From Carcharhinus amblyrhynchos (taxonomy: Eukaryota), in contig OZ336885.1 in the NCBI GenBank assembly GCA_965287045.1, positions 61,442,001 to 61,506,000 on the forward strand: a DNA stretch of 64,000 bases. Reading direction: 5' to 3'. Both the position numbers and the translations under genes were made by a program. This document shows positions 1-13,900 of this stretch, piece after piece. Position 1 is the stretch's first letter. Each line of letters starts with the position of its first letter. Below the pieces are notes generated by a model that was given only the letters and a program-made list of their open reading frames with translations, did not search any database and was not told the DNA's origin.

Positions 1-2234
1 AAGTTCTCACCAATATTGTTGCGTTCTAATTATGTTGATAACGAGCAACCGCAAAAAAAACTCATCTCAGAAAGACGTCGCCGCAGGTTAGGTACAGTGG
101 AATCCATAAAAGGTTCCAAATAATAAGGACTTCCCTGACTCTGGGGAGAATATGGAGCTCCAGCAATGTTCTCGGCCCAATTCATTGATTAAATTTGGTA
201 CATTTATTTCAATCAATAAAGTGAGAATGGTGCCAAACTATATATTCGCGAAATCCTTGAAATCGTGAGAGTGAATGCTGATGCGTCTAAGTGCAGTAAA
301 TCTCGAATGAAGGTTCTCTTATTATCTTTAGGACAAATGTGCAACTAGTTACATAATTCCAGTTCATGGCCATGTCCAGAGTCCAACTGAGCATCAAAAC
401 GGCAATGGAAAGGCAACTACTACAATACAGCCATGACGACCGGGAAGACTGGGAAAAAGAATATACTTCGGCCGCAGTAATCTAATACGAAGAGATTACT
501 TCCAATAATCGCGCTTTAATTATCAATAATTGTGAGTTCAGTGCTCAGTGATGAGTTCACACAACGTCCAAAAACGGCGGCTCATTCCGAAATGACTTTG
601 AAAATAAAAATGTGCAAAGTACATTTTGGCGTGGCAATGCTCTGATATTATGGTTAACACAGCAGACTTCCCCAACTCGACAATAGTCTGAAGATGTTGG
701 ACGACAGTGAGATGTTAATGTTATTAAAATGATTACCGTCCTCTTTAACTTTTAACGTCCTCTCTAAAAAGGAAATAATCATTCTTTTAAAACTAAACGC
801 TTCACTAACATCAGATTTCACAATGCAGCTGATATTTTATTTTCGTATCATACAATAAATTTACGATAGTGAAACTGCCGGAAACCGCGTCAGCGAATCC
901 AACCAATTAGTCACATACTTAACTACATAGAACTCAATTACATCACCAATTGACAACGTCTTGCATCGTAGGCCGCTGGAAATTATGCATACGGCACACG
1001 CCCCACCCCCATTGTAACGTCGTATCTCAATTTACGGCATTTAAATTTTCTCTTCATTCCTCAATTCCTTCGGCGAGCTTCAAATTACTTCGAAGTCCTG
1101 ATTCAATCGGACGTTTGGAACTGTGTCCTTTACAATAATATTTGCGACAAGTGAAGAAACTCAGCCCGTGATGTTGTTGCGTGCGCGAAACAAACGGTAA
1201 TTTCGTATGCAAACTCAGTGGGCATTTACAACTCATGCTCCAGGGGTTGTGCGTGTTCATTTCGTTTGTTAATGTGCCGTTGTGGCACAGGTTGATAATT
1301 ACGGCAACCGATGATCAATCAACAGTACCGGACCTAACTTCCGAATTTAAATGAATTCGAATGACTATCATGGTCGAATTTTAACACATGAATTAAATCT
1401 AAGCACGGGATCTCCGGATTAGCAGGTCAGGTATGGGACCTAAGTATCAAAATGTGACATTGGTTATTAATGCTTGTCTATTGTTCAGTTTACATGAACA
1501 AAATAAAATGAAATAAAATAGGAATCAACACATCTGATTGTATACTATACGTATCAAATTGTTGCCAAAAATTCATCTTATATCACGTGACTCACATAGC
1601 TTAATTTGACAGAGATACCATGATTGACAGTTCAGTCCGAAATAAAAATAACTGCTGCTGGCGAGCACCCTTTTTTTTAGGTATTTGCATACGATAGATT
1701 GATATGGTGCCACAATTTCGACATGAATGTTGGCAGGACAAGCTTAAAACCCCTCATGTCATATATAAAAGAAAAATCAGGGAAGGGAAAGGCGAGAAAG
1801 TTTATTTTCTTGTCAACTTGCTAATGCATGAAATGCAGAAATATATGATTCGAAGCGAGCTATGATTATATTTTATTCTGCACTGGCAACACAACACGAT
1901 GGAAATAAACTGTTAATGGGTGCCTATACTCAAAATTTCTAATAATGCGATGAAATCTCATTTAAATCTCGGCATAGTTTAAATTTATTAAATTTATAAC
2001 GAGGTCAACATCGTGCCTTAATCGTAGTACCTGGTACTTGAGAAAATAATTACAAAAAATGCAAGCAAATTTGGAGATACATCAGGAGCATTTAATCTAA
2101 CAATATCCGTTGAATTCCAAAACACAGGGTTGTTAATATATTGGGGAAAGAACGGAAAAAGAAAACAAGTTAAGAAAGAGGGTAAGAGAGAAAATAAGTA
2201 GAAAGAAAACAAATATGAAATAAAAAGGGGGAAG

Positions 2235-2248
2235 AGAGAAAGAAAGAG

Positions 2249-2279
<31 letters not shown>

Positions 2280-2284
2280 CAGAC

Positions 2285-2315
<31 letters not shown>

Positions 2316-2317
2316 AA
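2235..2317. repeat. (GAAA)n/(GA)n microsatellite
   Basis: Visible gaaa repeats; explains the low-complexity F/L/S ORF 2018-2395. Confidence 0.95.
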
Positions 2318-2395
2318 AGCAACTAGTTGAGCTTTTGGCAAAATTGTTAGTTCCTTTTCAAAGAAAACGAATAAAAAGAAACGTATTTTGCTCAC

Positions 2396-2986
2396 CCAAT
2401 TCCTTCAAAGCATCGTTGCATTTCTCTAGGGCTGGTTCAGTAAATTGAAACGGGTTTAGGTTGCATTTTGACTGGGTACTGCCGAACTGCATCACGAAAA
2501 TGAATATGAAAAAAAGGAAGATAGCACGCAAATTGCCCATTGACCAGTCGAATTCTGTCTATCGTCAGCAGTAGCCAGGGCTCGAAAGGCAGGATATGAT
2601 GCACCAATCCCAATAACAATATGAACGGGTATTTCGCAGTATATCGCATAATTTGCCATATTTATTGAAACAGCTTTCACAGAAAAAAAAGGTAGTTGAA
2701 CGGATTTATGTTTTTCTTAAATTCTGCAGTCAAGTTTCTGAGAGGTGGAAGAGAACCAAATTCTCCGAATGACAAATTAAAGATGCTGGTTGTTACAATT
2801 GCGTGCATTTTCAGAGGCAGCACTACCAGTTCATCCAAGTGTCCGAGAACCTAGGTTCCATCTTATAGCTAAACATTTCATTGTTTTAGAGAGTTGCCTG
2901 CAAGTATTGCAGACGTTCTGCTCTATATGTCAGTTTCATAACTTCTAAGAATCAATAATATGGCACATCAGGTCAGGCCATCAAAA
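2396..2986 (-). pseudogene. ART-domain exon remnant
   Basis: Acceptor AG at 2987-2988, donor GTGAG at 2391-2395. Across frames it reads HIEQNV..RW, LPLKMHAIV, NLTAEFKK, DRIRL(VN)GQFA, PFFHIH, which is the ART motif order. Confidence 0.7.
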
Positions 2987-3059
2987 CTGCATTATGGGAA
3001 AACATTAAGCTGAATTTGGCAAATGGAATTACCAGTCGACGTTGTCTGGCAATGGGCTT

Positions 3060-3230
3060 ACCTGACAGTGGTCCGCATTTCTGCCTCACAACGCCAGGAA
3101 CCAGAGTTTAATTCCAGGTTGCGTCACTGTGTGGAGTTGGCAAATTCTCCCTCTGTCTGCGCGTGTTTCCTTCCACAAAGATATGAGGTTAGGTAGATTG
3201 ACCATGCTAAATTGATCCTAGTGTTAACTG
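3060..3230 (+). mobile_element. tRNA-derived SINE fragment (shark HE1-like)
   Basis: gcctcacaacgccagg..tgtgtggagttggcaaattctccc; similar to the other SINE copies in the window. Confidence 0.7.
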
Positions 3231-3278
3231 AATATGAATACCAAGATTTAACTGCCTGTCTTTTCCTGTATTTATTTC

Positions 3279-3881
3279 TCAGTACGATGCCTCGAAATTG
3301 AATTGGCTCGTATCGTTGTTCAAATCAGACAACGCCATAAAGACACTTGCTGCACATTTTATAAATTTTGTTTGGGAGGGGGCGGGGCGATGTGGGGCAA
3401 TGAAAGTAGTACGGTTGGGGTAAATGGGGATCCGAGGAATAGGATCATATCTGTCAGGTTCAGACAAGGAAAGCTGAAGTTGAATGTTGAAGATGCAATG
3501 GTAGACTTGATATTACAGGTCGCGTTTGAAACGTGTCGAGCAAAGGAAATTGACGGGGTTCTGTTGTTTTTACTTCGATTCATGTTGTCTTAAAGGTCAT
3601 TTCGGCGAATTAAGGGAACAGTCAGATACATGGCAGTACTATTGCAACGTCCCTTGTTCAAGCTGGGCCAAATTTTGCAGCTGAATTTCCCTGTTTATAA
3701 ACGCTTAAAACACAGGAAAGTACGAGGTGTAAAAGGAAAGTGAATAGTACTAATGATTAAATAATCAACCTCAGTTATGAGAGCGGATGGCATGCAGAAC
3801 ACTGAACAAACGCGGTTGTACGTTTTGAGCTCAGAAATGAAAGAAAAAAGGCAGTCGCATAACTGCCGTATGATACAGACC
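3279..3881 (-). pseudogene. ART-domain exon remnant
   Basis: ttattctAG acceptor. Reads SFISELK, SLNKGR, NIKSTIASST, IYPNRTTFIAPH and ALSDLNNDTSQFNF (cf. ART C-terminal xLxSxxxxCSxFNC). Confidence 0.65.
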
Positions 3882-4299
3882 CTAGAATAACACAAAGAAG
3901 AGAGGAGAACAAATGTATTAGCAAATACTTGCCTTTAACAACAAAAGGGAAACATATAGCAGGACAGTTAACTAAATGATATGAAGATAGTTTCAAACAA
4001 TGTAAGCGACACTGCGGGAGACGAATTATTGTTGTATGAATAGGAATGTATTTTTTCAAACAACAAGCTGCAAATCCACCCAATGGAGATGCAATTCATG
4101 ACCGAGACTTTGGAAACGAAAACGGGCGTATGCGTGAAGTATTAGTTCGCAAACATAGCGGAGATTGTGATCATAGCGTAAGTTTGTTTTAGATTTGATG
4201 TTACCACAAAAAAAAATCAATAATGTAAAACAAAACTGAGCCAAGTAAGGGGTAAAAAGCGACTGCAAAAGGTAGACATTACTGAGGGAAAACTCAAGG

Positions 4300-6335
4300 T
4301 TAAAACAGTAGGGAGCACGAAATGCTAAGTCCTACACATCCAAAGCAGGCAGTCAACCTCAAAAAGTAACACTCGTTCTGCCGAATTTATATGACCCGTG
4401 TTGTCAATATGAATACAACGAAAATGAAAAAAAAAGTTAAAAAAAATCGTATGGTAACCGGAAAGCATTATAGATTGACTCGATGAACTTAGCGAGTTCA
4501 GGGGAAAAGTGAGAGGGAAGTGCAGGAAAGAAAAACAAAAGAATAAGGAGGTCAAAGTGAGGATAGAATGGAGTTTAGAAATTAAAGCTAAAGAAATGCC
4601 AAAGACGTTTTATCACTGTATTGCAGCAATACGTTATTTAAAGGAAAATGTGTTTCGTGCCACATACGTTGATGGGAAGTTTTCCACAGAGGCATCGGGT
4701 GTGGGGAGACTTATTTTTTTAAATGAAACTTGTCTCTGCATGCTTGCAAAGGAAAAGGATGATGCAAAATTTTGTTTTCCAGGAAGAACACACTGCGACA
4801 TTGAACGGGATTATCATAAAGCGAGAGGTAGTGCGCGTAGGGTTGAAAACAAAAAGGCGGATAATGCGTCAGGGTCAGATCGCCTGTTTCCAAGGTCATG
4901 GCAGCGAATTTTCAGTGGACGATTATGCTATCCTCAGTACATTCAGAGAAGGAACTGGCGGACGGAAGAAGTGCAAACAAAAAAATAGTTATCATGTTCA
5001 TTAACTGACAGAAGGAGTTGCCAGAAATACGATGGCCAGTTAGTGTTACATTGATGGCAAGAAAGCTCGTAGGATCAATCCAAAGATAAATGAATAGCCG
5101 TCACGTAGAAATGCATGGATTGTCGGGGATGATCTGCATACATTTGATAAAATAATGTTTTGACTTATAAACTTGATTGAATTACAAGACGAAACGACAA
5201 AAGGTGTTGATGAAATCAGGCAATACAAGTGGTGTTCATTAAAATAGCAAGTTGTCTGACAAAATCCCAAACGGCAGTCTGGTCAAAAAAGTGAAAGCTC
5301 ATGGGATGCATGGTAATGCGATATTCTGAGCAAAAAAAAACAGCTAAAGGAGAGGAAACAAATTTCGGCGGTTGTACTTCTAAATGGGAAATAGTTTCAA
5401 GTCGTTTTCCATGATCGTGATCCAGGCTGTTTGAGTTTTATTTTAATTGTTCAGACCTCAACAGGGGGGACGTAATTGAAATATTTGAAGGCAATGCATC
5501 ATTTTGCCGGATATTGTTTACAGTCGAGCAGAGCTGTGATCAATAAAATAATAAGGGTGATTTCGTCGAGCTGTTGTCAAAGCAACAGATGCATTTTAAC
5601 ATAAAAAAAACTGAGAGGTATGTCTGTTGGGAGGTCAAACAGCACAGGAATATATAGTACCTGGAAATAAGCTAAAGCAGCAGATGAAATGAGAAATCTT
5701 GGCATGGAAGTATTCCGATCCTAAAACACCACCGTTTGAGTAGACAAGGTTTTAAAGGAGGCATATGAAATGTTCTTCTTCACTGACAGAGGTGTAGAAT
5801 CCGGCCAGAACTGGAGTTTTTTTTTGCATTTCTGTTGGCATTATTAAAGGAAGGCAGCAATGGATATAGAGATAGTTTAAAGGACGTTTACAAGAATGTT
5901 CTCAAGGTTACAAGTGCGTCCGTATGACTAGAGGTTAGATAGGCAGGTTTTATTTTACTTAGAATAAAGGCGGTGACTTGATAATGCTTACAAATTCAAG
6001 AGAGGATGTGATGGAATGCAATTATGAAATTGGTTCACTAATTAGAAAATTCGTCAACCAGAGAACGTGGATTCAAAATAATGGCAGTTGGTTCCGTGGG
6101 GGAATGAGGAATATCATTTAAATTAATGTCTAGAATTCGCTGCTGAGGCTGGTTGTAGAGGAAGATATCATAACTGTTCAAAGGCATCTGGATCTGTACC
6201 TTAATAGCTGTGAGGTAAATACTTAATGAGCGTGTGGGGGAAATGCATTTACAAATTAGCCCGGGTTTCCTTGGATTGACATGCACCCATTTGGCCGAAT
6301 GACGTCCTTCCGTGCTCGTACATTTCTATGGCTTA
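4300..6335 (+). mobile_element. Old degraded CR1-type LINE
   Basis: Fragmentary ORF2-like peptides (ORF 4509-4988, EIKAKEMPKTFY) and a 3' UTR-like end (gaatgacgtccttccgtgct...ttctatg). Confidence 0.7.
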
Positions 6336-6427
6336 AATGATCTTTGGGTTTGATGATTACCGCAACACATGTAACCGAAATAGGCGTGGATATTTCGAAA
6401 TATGTTTCTAGGTGCGTTCGAAAAATG

Positions 6428-6571
6428 TGAGAGGGGATTAAGGGTTATGGGGAGAGGGCGGGAATGTGGAACTGAGCTACGACAGATTAGCCATGATCTT
6501 ATTGAATGGCGGGGCAGGCTCGAAGGGCTAGATGGTCTACTCCTGCTCCTATTTCTTATGTTCTCATGTTC
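6428..6571 (+). mobile_element. Young CR1 LINE 3' end fragment
   Basis: Near-identical to 8932-9076 (ggggattaagggttatggggagagggcggg...ttcttatgttc). Confidence 0.92.
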
Positions 6572-6664
6572 ATTCAATACCGATCCTCATTTATGTCGAA
6601 GTACTATTTGAAGAAGCAGACAGTCACATAAGATGTTTGGCAGATGATACATCGCATTAGTAAC

Positions 6665-6990
6665 ATACATAGAATTCCCACAGTGCAGAACGAGGCTATT
6701 TGGCCCATCGAGACTGCACTAATCATAATCGCACCCAGGCCGTATTCCCGTATCCCCACACATTTACCCTGCTTGTCCCTTGAAAGTAAAGTCAAATTAG
6801 CATGGGCAATCGACCAAAATCACACACCTGTAGAATGTGGAAGGAAAACGGAGCACCCGGAGGAAACCCATGGAGGTACGCCGAAAATTTGCAAACTGCA
6901 TACAGACTGGATATCAAAGCCGAACTTGAACCCAGGTACCACGGCGCTGTGCCGCATCAGTGCTAATAACTGAGCTACCGTGCCACCCAT
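6665..6990 (-). mobile_element. tRNA-derived SINE
   Basis: ggagcacccggaggaaaccca..gcaaactgcatacagac..ctgagctaccgtgccaccc is the reverse complement of the SINE head and body. Confidence 0.8.
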
Positions 6991-7982
6991 TGTCACTCAT
7001 AATATAGAAAAAAAGCAATCGGAAGCCAAACGAGGGGTGCTGTATGAAAGTGTGTATAAAAACGGGACAAAGTACAATATCCTGCAATATGGATTTGAGG
7101 AAAGATTTTTAATTGTTCTGTTTACTGAACTGAAATGACTGATGCACAAATTGGAAATTAATTCCTCAAGGAGACTTATCGAGGAACAAACAAGGCTCAG
7201 CTGACACAACGAACAAGCCAAGCATCAGCAAACTGAGTCAATAATCTGCCTGCACTTCACCATCACGGGACCACAAGACCTGTTCAGCCACATGATATTT
7301 TATGCAGGGAAGTAAAGAGATTTCCTATGGAACACTGTTCATAAATTGTCAATATTTCTTAGATGCCCTCAGGGTAAAGGAATAATTGACATGAAAAGAT
7401 CTATATGGTCGGAGCACACTTGCAAAGTTCAAAGTGGAAAGGGAAAAAATGAAATAGCAATTTCAGCGGCGAGACGTTTGTTTCTCAATTCATGGTTAAC
7501 GTAAAATAATGTTTTCTTTGTTACTCGAAGAGAACGATTTGCAAGTCTGCAGGGAACAATAGCACGTCTGACAGCAGAGTACTCCTCTGTGCGGCAAAAT
7601 ATGTTGATTGCACAAATGAACACATTGGCAGATTCAGACTTGGAATGTAACTGAGAAATGAGGTTCTGAACGGCGACACTGTCCTAAAAAGATTGTCAAA
7701 GAAATGCAATTCTCATTCACCTCCATCTCCCACACAATTTCAGTTTTTCTTAGATCTGTCGAAGACAAAACATCCAAATACCCCAAAATTAAAAAGCTAA
7801 CTTTTTTTCAAGCAAAGTGATACCCTTACCTTTATTCATCTTGTTTGTTTCATCATCAGCTAAACGGCAAAACAAATGAATTCAATAATAAAAATAAACA
7901 TGGTTGCCTGTATCCAGAATGAAGCTGAAAACCATTTCTTTTTTCATCACTGTGCCGCATGGATTTCGACATTGGTGGTGGA

Positions 7983-9076
7983 TGTCAAATAGGAGGCAGA
8001 GAGTGGGGGTCAACGGGTGCTATTCGGATTGGCGGATGGTGACTAGTGGAGTGCCCCAGGGGTCGGTGCTGGGGCCTCAGCTTTTTACCATTTATATAGA
8101 TGATCTGGAGGAGGGAACCGAGTGTAGGGTGTCAAAATTTGCTGATGACACCAAGATTGGGGGAACGGCAAATTGTGCGGAGGGTGTGGAGAGTCTGCAG
8201 AAGGATCTAGATAGTCTGGGCGAATGGGCCAGGAAATGACAAATGGAATTTAATGTTGGCAAGTGTGAGGTGATCCACTTTGGTAGGAAGAATGGTAGGA
8301 AGGACTATTACTTACGGGGCGAAAAACTGCAGCAGGCGACGGTGCAGAGGGACCTTGGGTTCCTTGTGCATGAGTCGCAAAAACCCAGCCTGCAGGTGTA
8401 GCAGGTGGTCAGGAAGGCGAATGGGATGCTGGCCTTCATAGCGAGGGGGATTGAATATAAAAGTAGGGAGGTCTTGCTGCAGCTGTATAGGGCATTGGTG
8501 AGGCCGCAGCTGGAGTACTGTGCGCAGTTTTGGGCGCCGCACCTGCGCAAAGATATTTTGGCCTTGGAGGGAGTGCAGAGGAGGTTTACTAGGCTGATAC
8601 CGGAGTTGAAGGGGTTGAGCTATGAGGAGAGGCTGAATAAACTGGGCTTGTACTCGTTAGCGTTTAGAAGAATGAGGGGAGACCTCACTGAGACGTATAA
8701 GATGATGAATGGGATGGATAGGATAGAGGTGGAGAGACTCTTCCGGCTCAACAAAGACAGTAGGACTAGGGGGCACAGCCTCAAGATAAAGTGGAGGCGG
8801 TTTAGAACGGAGTTGAGGAGGAACTTCTTCACTCAAAGGGTGGTGAACCTCTGGAATTCTCTGCCCGTTGAAGTGGTGGAGGCTGCCTCGCTAAATATTT
8901 TTAAGACGCGGGTTGATGGGTTTTTGATAAGAGAGGGGATTAAGGGTTATGGGGAGAGGGCGGGAAAGTGGAACTGAGCAGCGACAGATCAGCCATGATC
9001 TTATTGAATGGCGGGGCAGGCTCGAAGGGCTAGATGGCCCACTCCTGCTCCTATTTCTTATGTTCTTATGTTCTTA
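7983..9076 (+). mobile_element. Young 5'-truncated CR1 LINE (ORF2 RT C-terminal part)
   Basis: [32 protein letters not shown] motifs, two premature stops, (TTCTTATG)n tail. Confidence 0.97.
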
Positions 9077-9322
9077 AAAAAGCCCAAACTGTTAATTGAC
9101 AAACAGACTGATATGCGTGAGGCAGGAATGTGATGGAGAGGGGGCAGTTAGCGGATGATTTCGCTGAATAGCTGAGCAGCATCAATGGCTCGAATGGCGC
9201 AGTCCTGCTTCTAATTTGTATGATCGAATGATCGTATCTTCGCATTCACCTTTCCAGAAAATACTGCATAATAGTCAAATATGTAGGTTCAGCCTTTATG
9301 TTCCAAATAATAAATCATATTC

Positions 9323-9406
9323 CGTCGACTATTCACAGATATCTGTGCCCCGAGTAAATGACTGCGTCGACTATTCACAGATATCTGTGCCCCGAGTAAA
9401 TGACTG
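9323..9406. repeat. Perfect 42-bp tandem duplication
   Basis: cgtcgactattcacagatatctgtgccccgagtaaatgactg occurs at 9323-9364 and 9365-9406. Confidence 0.97.
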
Positions 9407-10909
9407 AGTCCTGAAAAGTTTTTTTTGTATTTATAACATTGCGAAAAATTGATACTCTGACCTAACATATGCTTTTTTATGAAATGTATTGCATCTACCT
9501 TTGCAAAATCGAAAATTTCATTTCCTCATTCAGCATATCTGCTTCTTAAAAAAAACATATGTTTTCTTGACAGCAGAAGTGATTAATGTTCCTCTTGATA
9601 GGATCGGCTACTGGAAAGCTCGTTAAGTTGCAGACAATCAATATTGATGTCCCCAGATATCACCCTCATCAATTCACTCAGGCATATTTCATGAGTTTGT
9701 TCACAAACATTGTGAATGCGTGAATTTTGTATCTCTGATCATTAATCCACACTCACTTTCATTTTTTTTTGAAGACCAGTGTCATTTCCTCCTGTCGCTG
9801 TACTCTTGTGATCGAAGTGGTGCACTGACTCTCTGGCTGTTGCATTTGTCCAATATTATGTCCTTCAAGATCGATGGCATGACGTGCAGTTGCTCTTCCG
9901 GAATTTGGAATGGGTAAATTGTTAGATGAACTCACTAGATATTATATTACACAAGATTTCTGATGAGGCGCTGAACATCAATGTAAGTGCTAATCACATT
10001 GTTACATGTATCATGATGTAGTTCTCGCTTTTATCTTGGGAACGATTCAATCACATTTCGTTGCATGTTTAAACACCACCCGTTTTCTTTTTCTTTTAAT
10101 TGTTATACGGTCGGGCTGTTGTTTTCAATTTTTTAATTTGTCACTCCCGTTTCAGCAGTAGGGAACAACTCAGTGAGTTTGTTAGTCCTTGGACAATGCG
10201 TCTGATAAGTATTTGTCGACTAAAAGTTGTTTAACATAGGGGGAGAGCAAAAAGACATATCCTAACAAGGAGATTATGTTGAAAACAACGTGAACACTAA
10301 CATGTGATGCATGATTCCAGAGAGTATGTTGCAGGTCAAAATTATGTGGGCAATTTGTGCTCCCCGAATACGTTACACTGTGATCCGCCATGAAACCTCT
10401 TCCATACCTAGCTTTTTTAGCGCACCGTCGGACTTTTTGTGTTCTGCCGTTTGGCAAACGAAATGCCATAGTTAGTTCATTTCAATACAGTACGTTAACA
10501 TAATGCATGACCGTCCTTATATGGTTTCCAGGATTAATCGAAAACAAAGTTAATTTTGGGGGAAAAACAAACATTATTGCGCCACCTCCCCAATCATAGG
10601 CCAGCCGTCAGGTTGACTGACACACTATAAGGTGCTTTCAATATATAATGAGTCAGTTAAATACATCAGGATGTGAATTGTGCGTGCTTTATTGTATTCC
10701 CCGGTTAGACTGCATATGGAATCAGGTTTTCACAGCTACACCTTAATATTGATTACATTGAGTTTTAGAGGATCGCAATGCATCATTCACCTGATGTTGA
10801 ATGAAATCATGGAACTAATTTGCGGAAAACAAATCTGGTGCGCATGTCGGAATGTAGAACTTGGTGTGCCCGTTACTTAGATAATTCAATATGTATATAT
10901 ATATATATA

Positions 10910-13900
10910 TTTCAAATTGGGATCACAGATTTCCGGGAACCTCGTGAAATTCCTATGCAAGTTCCTGATCTGAATGTTCTACAGCTTTTCCAATGTTGCG
11001 GACCTAACGAATCAGCAAGCAACATTTAAAATAAACTGTTTTTTTTTAACATGGTGTTGATTACGAAATGTATAGTGGTTGTCCCAAGAGGGAGAGATTG
11101 CATTGAAGATTCAATTATATGATACCATCTCTGAAGATAGGGTATGGCTGCACTGGATTGAGATCCGGATTATCAAGTATAGTTTCTAGTTTGATCATTC
11201 GGTTGTAGAGGCGAAAAATTGACTGAACCGTATTGGTCATACATTCCCAAGGGCACAAGATTTGATTCGTTGGGTGCAGAAGCAATCGAATATAAACGAT
11301 GTTTTCTTGCCGTCACAAAATGGAAACTCCAATCACCTTCATTCCCTGATTTCCACTTCTCCTCTGTAAAAGATCAAGCGATATAGTTTCAAAACAATAC
11401 AGAAACATGCAGCGCCTGAAACAAGTTATCGTTTGATGGCATATGATGTATGCAGAATTGTAAGTTATACAATAGTTGCATAAATGTCCGTTCAAATTTA
11501 TTAACGTTCTGATCCGTAAATATGATCACTACCTTGACAATAAGACAGTATTCCTTGTGGAAATAGTGCCCACGTTCACCAGATGACACCAAACCAGCAA
11601 GCCATATATATTAATGAAGGTTTCAGAGTAAGACAGTTAAACCGCTTGGCGACAAGTAATTAATTGAAAATCATACACAAGATTTCAATGCGAATACGCT
11701 GCCCAATGGTGTAGCGAGAAGGATTTTTTTCTACAGGATTTTTTTTTCTACAGTGCGTTATTTTCATCAGCGAATTACCCTTCAGTCTGTGTTCAATGAA
11801 TTTACACAATAGTATTAGCTGTGCGTCTGATTCTAGAGATCGTGTTCCATTTCGCCGAATAATCGACTTTGAAATTACAAGTAACTCACCTGTCAGTTCT
11901 TCAGGACTACTAGTCATGGAGCAAAACTGACTTCGAACTTAGTGGTGCATTGTCATTTAGCACCTCTTCATGAGACATTATTACAGAGGAAATTTGCTGC
12001 TGGTACCAAATTAAAACCTGAGCTGCTTGAAAATGAAGCTTGTTGCTTGAAGGGTGAGAGGCCTAAAGCAAAGTGTGAAGTCTCGAAATTCTCATAGAAT
12101 TCAGGGCAGAGATCAGTGGAAGTACAGTCGGAAAGAGTTGGACCTTGTTTCCCATTCGTTTTAAGGTTGGTCTTTGCTGCAGAAGGTGAGGAGGTGGGGT
12201 GAAATCACTTGCAGGACGGGTGGTGATCATCACCACTTGAATTAGAGTAAGGCTCCCCCCGGCATGAAGAAACTAAACCTATCCACACACTGACCAAGAA
12301 GCCAGTTTTTTTTTCTGTCTCACGTGTCTCCTCTACAGGGGCCTGGAGGAGTTGCTCAACCACCTTTGACCTTTTTCCTATTCTTCTATCTACTCTCCTC
12401 TCCCGCAACTTAAGATCGGGGAAGAACACCACTATTTCCAGTGCTGGGCGTCAATGAAACATGGTTCACCATCTTACTGCACAATATGTCGGCAAAACCA
12501 TCTTTCCCGTTGTTCGTGCCCTCCAGGGACACTGAAACAATTATAGTGGCTTCAACAGCCTGCTGTAATGAAGGCGGATTTATTGTATGGGTTGCTCTTG
12601 GATACTTTCAAGACCCTGACTTCGCCAATCGGCAGGATACGCATTGCCTTGATTGGCTGCTGAACTAAGTTGATGAGATTGAAAAGTGACACGAGAAAAC
12701 AATCTATTGGTTATCCCGACACAAAGCTCGCATTTTCCAGTATTTTGTTTTTACACGGTAGCAGTTTCATATAACGGGACGAGCTCAGCAGAACAAAGCC
12801 ACGGTTGAGGACTTCTAAAGAAGCATAGCCTCACGCCCTCAAATGTGAACGGCAAAGTCGAAAACAACAAAGAGCCCAGTCAATGGCATCACTAAGATCT
12901 GACGGTTAAACTACCCATCAGTCTGGTTTCTGATATTGGGCCTTATTGAAACAACTTCCAACATCATCTAGGGAAACATTCAGCCAAAACCGATCCCTCA
13001 AGCCACCGGCACCTGCCCAAAAGCGTCCCACCTTCTTAGAAATTGGATGCAATTACAATGACTCCGAACTTCATGGACAAACTGCCAGTATTTGCCAAGC
13101 AAAATTTAACGTTTAGCTTTTATTTATTAGTCTCCCATGTTGGCTTACATGAACACCACAATGAATTTGCTACGGCAATCATTTCCTCGGCACACTCCAG
13201 TGCCTGTGCATTGGGTGCAATGAACGACAACTTAGCAGGTCTTTCGGACTGTCAACGGATGCCAGAGAACCCAGAGCAAATCCAAACAAACACGGTGAGA
13301 ACGTGCAATCCTGCACGGAGAGGGACTTGAGGCGGGAATTAAACTCTGGCCTCGCACTGTGAGGCAGCTGTGCGAACAATCCGCCGTATGGACCATATTT
13401 TGGCTATGTTACCTTACGTTGCACAAAATGCTGCACCACAAGGAAGTTGCACGGGAAGTTTCAATCCTTATCAGTCAAAATAGCAGAACTTTTGTGTCGA
13501 AGGTTGTATCATATTGTGTGCAGCCCAAGTCGTTATTCCGCGCACAGGCCAGCGACCATTACTGCAGGACTTGCAAAATGGATCCGTATGATTTTCTAAA
13601 ATGCATATGTTCGCAAGTAGTTATGCTGGAGTCCCCTCATCGACATTCGTGTACAAAACGCGCTCCACCGGCTCAAAGCTTGCCAGTAAAATCGAAATGC
13701 CCCATTAGTAGCCTCGTTAAATTGATGGGATTGGTCTCGGCAAACATTGGTGTGGGTACATGCAGATTTGGCAAGGCATTTAATGGTTCATTTTTTCATG
13801 TTTATCGACCCATATTAAAATGGATCGGTTGCTCTAGAGAACCTCTATTCCTTGTTAAAGTATTTTAGTGAATCTCCAGAAAAGAATATAATGTTCTCGT

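Larger units (their letters stand above)
290..4270 (-). pseudogene. Decayed multi-domain ecto-ADP-ribosyltransferase-like gene, unit 1 (3 ART modules + mini-exons + hydrophobic last exon)
   Basis: Modules at ~3950-4270 (AYARFRFQSLGHEL), 3279-3881 and 2396-2986. Candidate AG/GT-flanked exons at 1089-1127 (39 nt) and 737-763 (27 nt). Hydrophobic, frameshifted last exon running down from 448. Stops and frameshifts throughout. Confidence 0.65.
7030..10650 (+). pseudogene. Decayed multi-ART gene, unit 2 (modules ~7030-7740, 9574-9985, 10186-10650)
   Basis: Module 1: VLFTELK, DFLWNTVH, YFLDALR, KIYMVG, KMK*QF, AEYSSVRQNMLIAQ. Module 2: VPLDR, IFHEFV, HSLSFF, CTLV, VALPEFG. Module 3: SLDNASDKYLSTKSC..YPNKEI, SSFQYSTL. 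AG acceptors at 9572-9573 and 10184-10185. Confidence 0.65.

Noticed and set aside
2018-2395. 125-aa hydrophobic ORF as a membrane protein
   Set aside because: It is the translation of a (TTTC)n microsatellite.
2358-2540. ORF resembling a signal peptide plus a cytokine (IL-22/IFN-like) first exon, MGNLRAIFLFFIFIFVMQ..
   Set aside because: The overlapping frame gives ART motifs (DRIRL..GQFA..FFHIH), continuous with upstream ART motifs back to 2986, and no further cytokine exons were found. Most likely an alternative-frame artefact.
8308-8832. Recurrent antisense ORFs (e.g. CGAQNCAQYSSCGLT.., MKKFLLNSVLNR..), also at 42329-42559 and 62230-62764
   Set aside because: They are antisense frames of CR1 ORF2 copies, not host genes.
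9323-9406. CRISPR-like repeat
   Set aside because: Two abutting copies with no spacer, no cas genes, and a vertebrate context.
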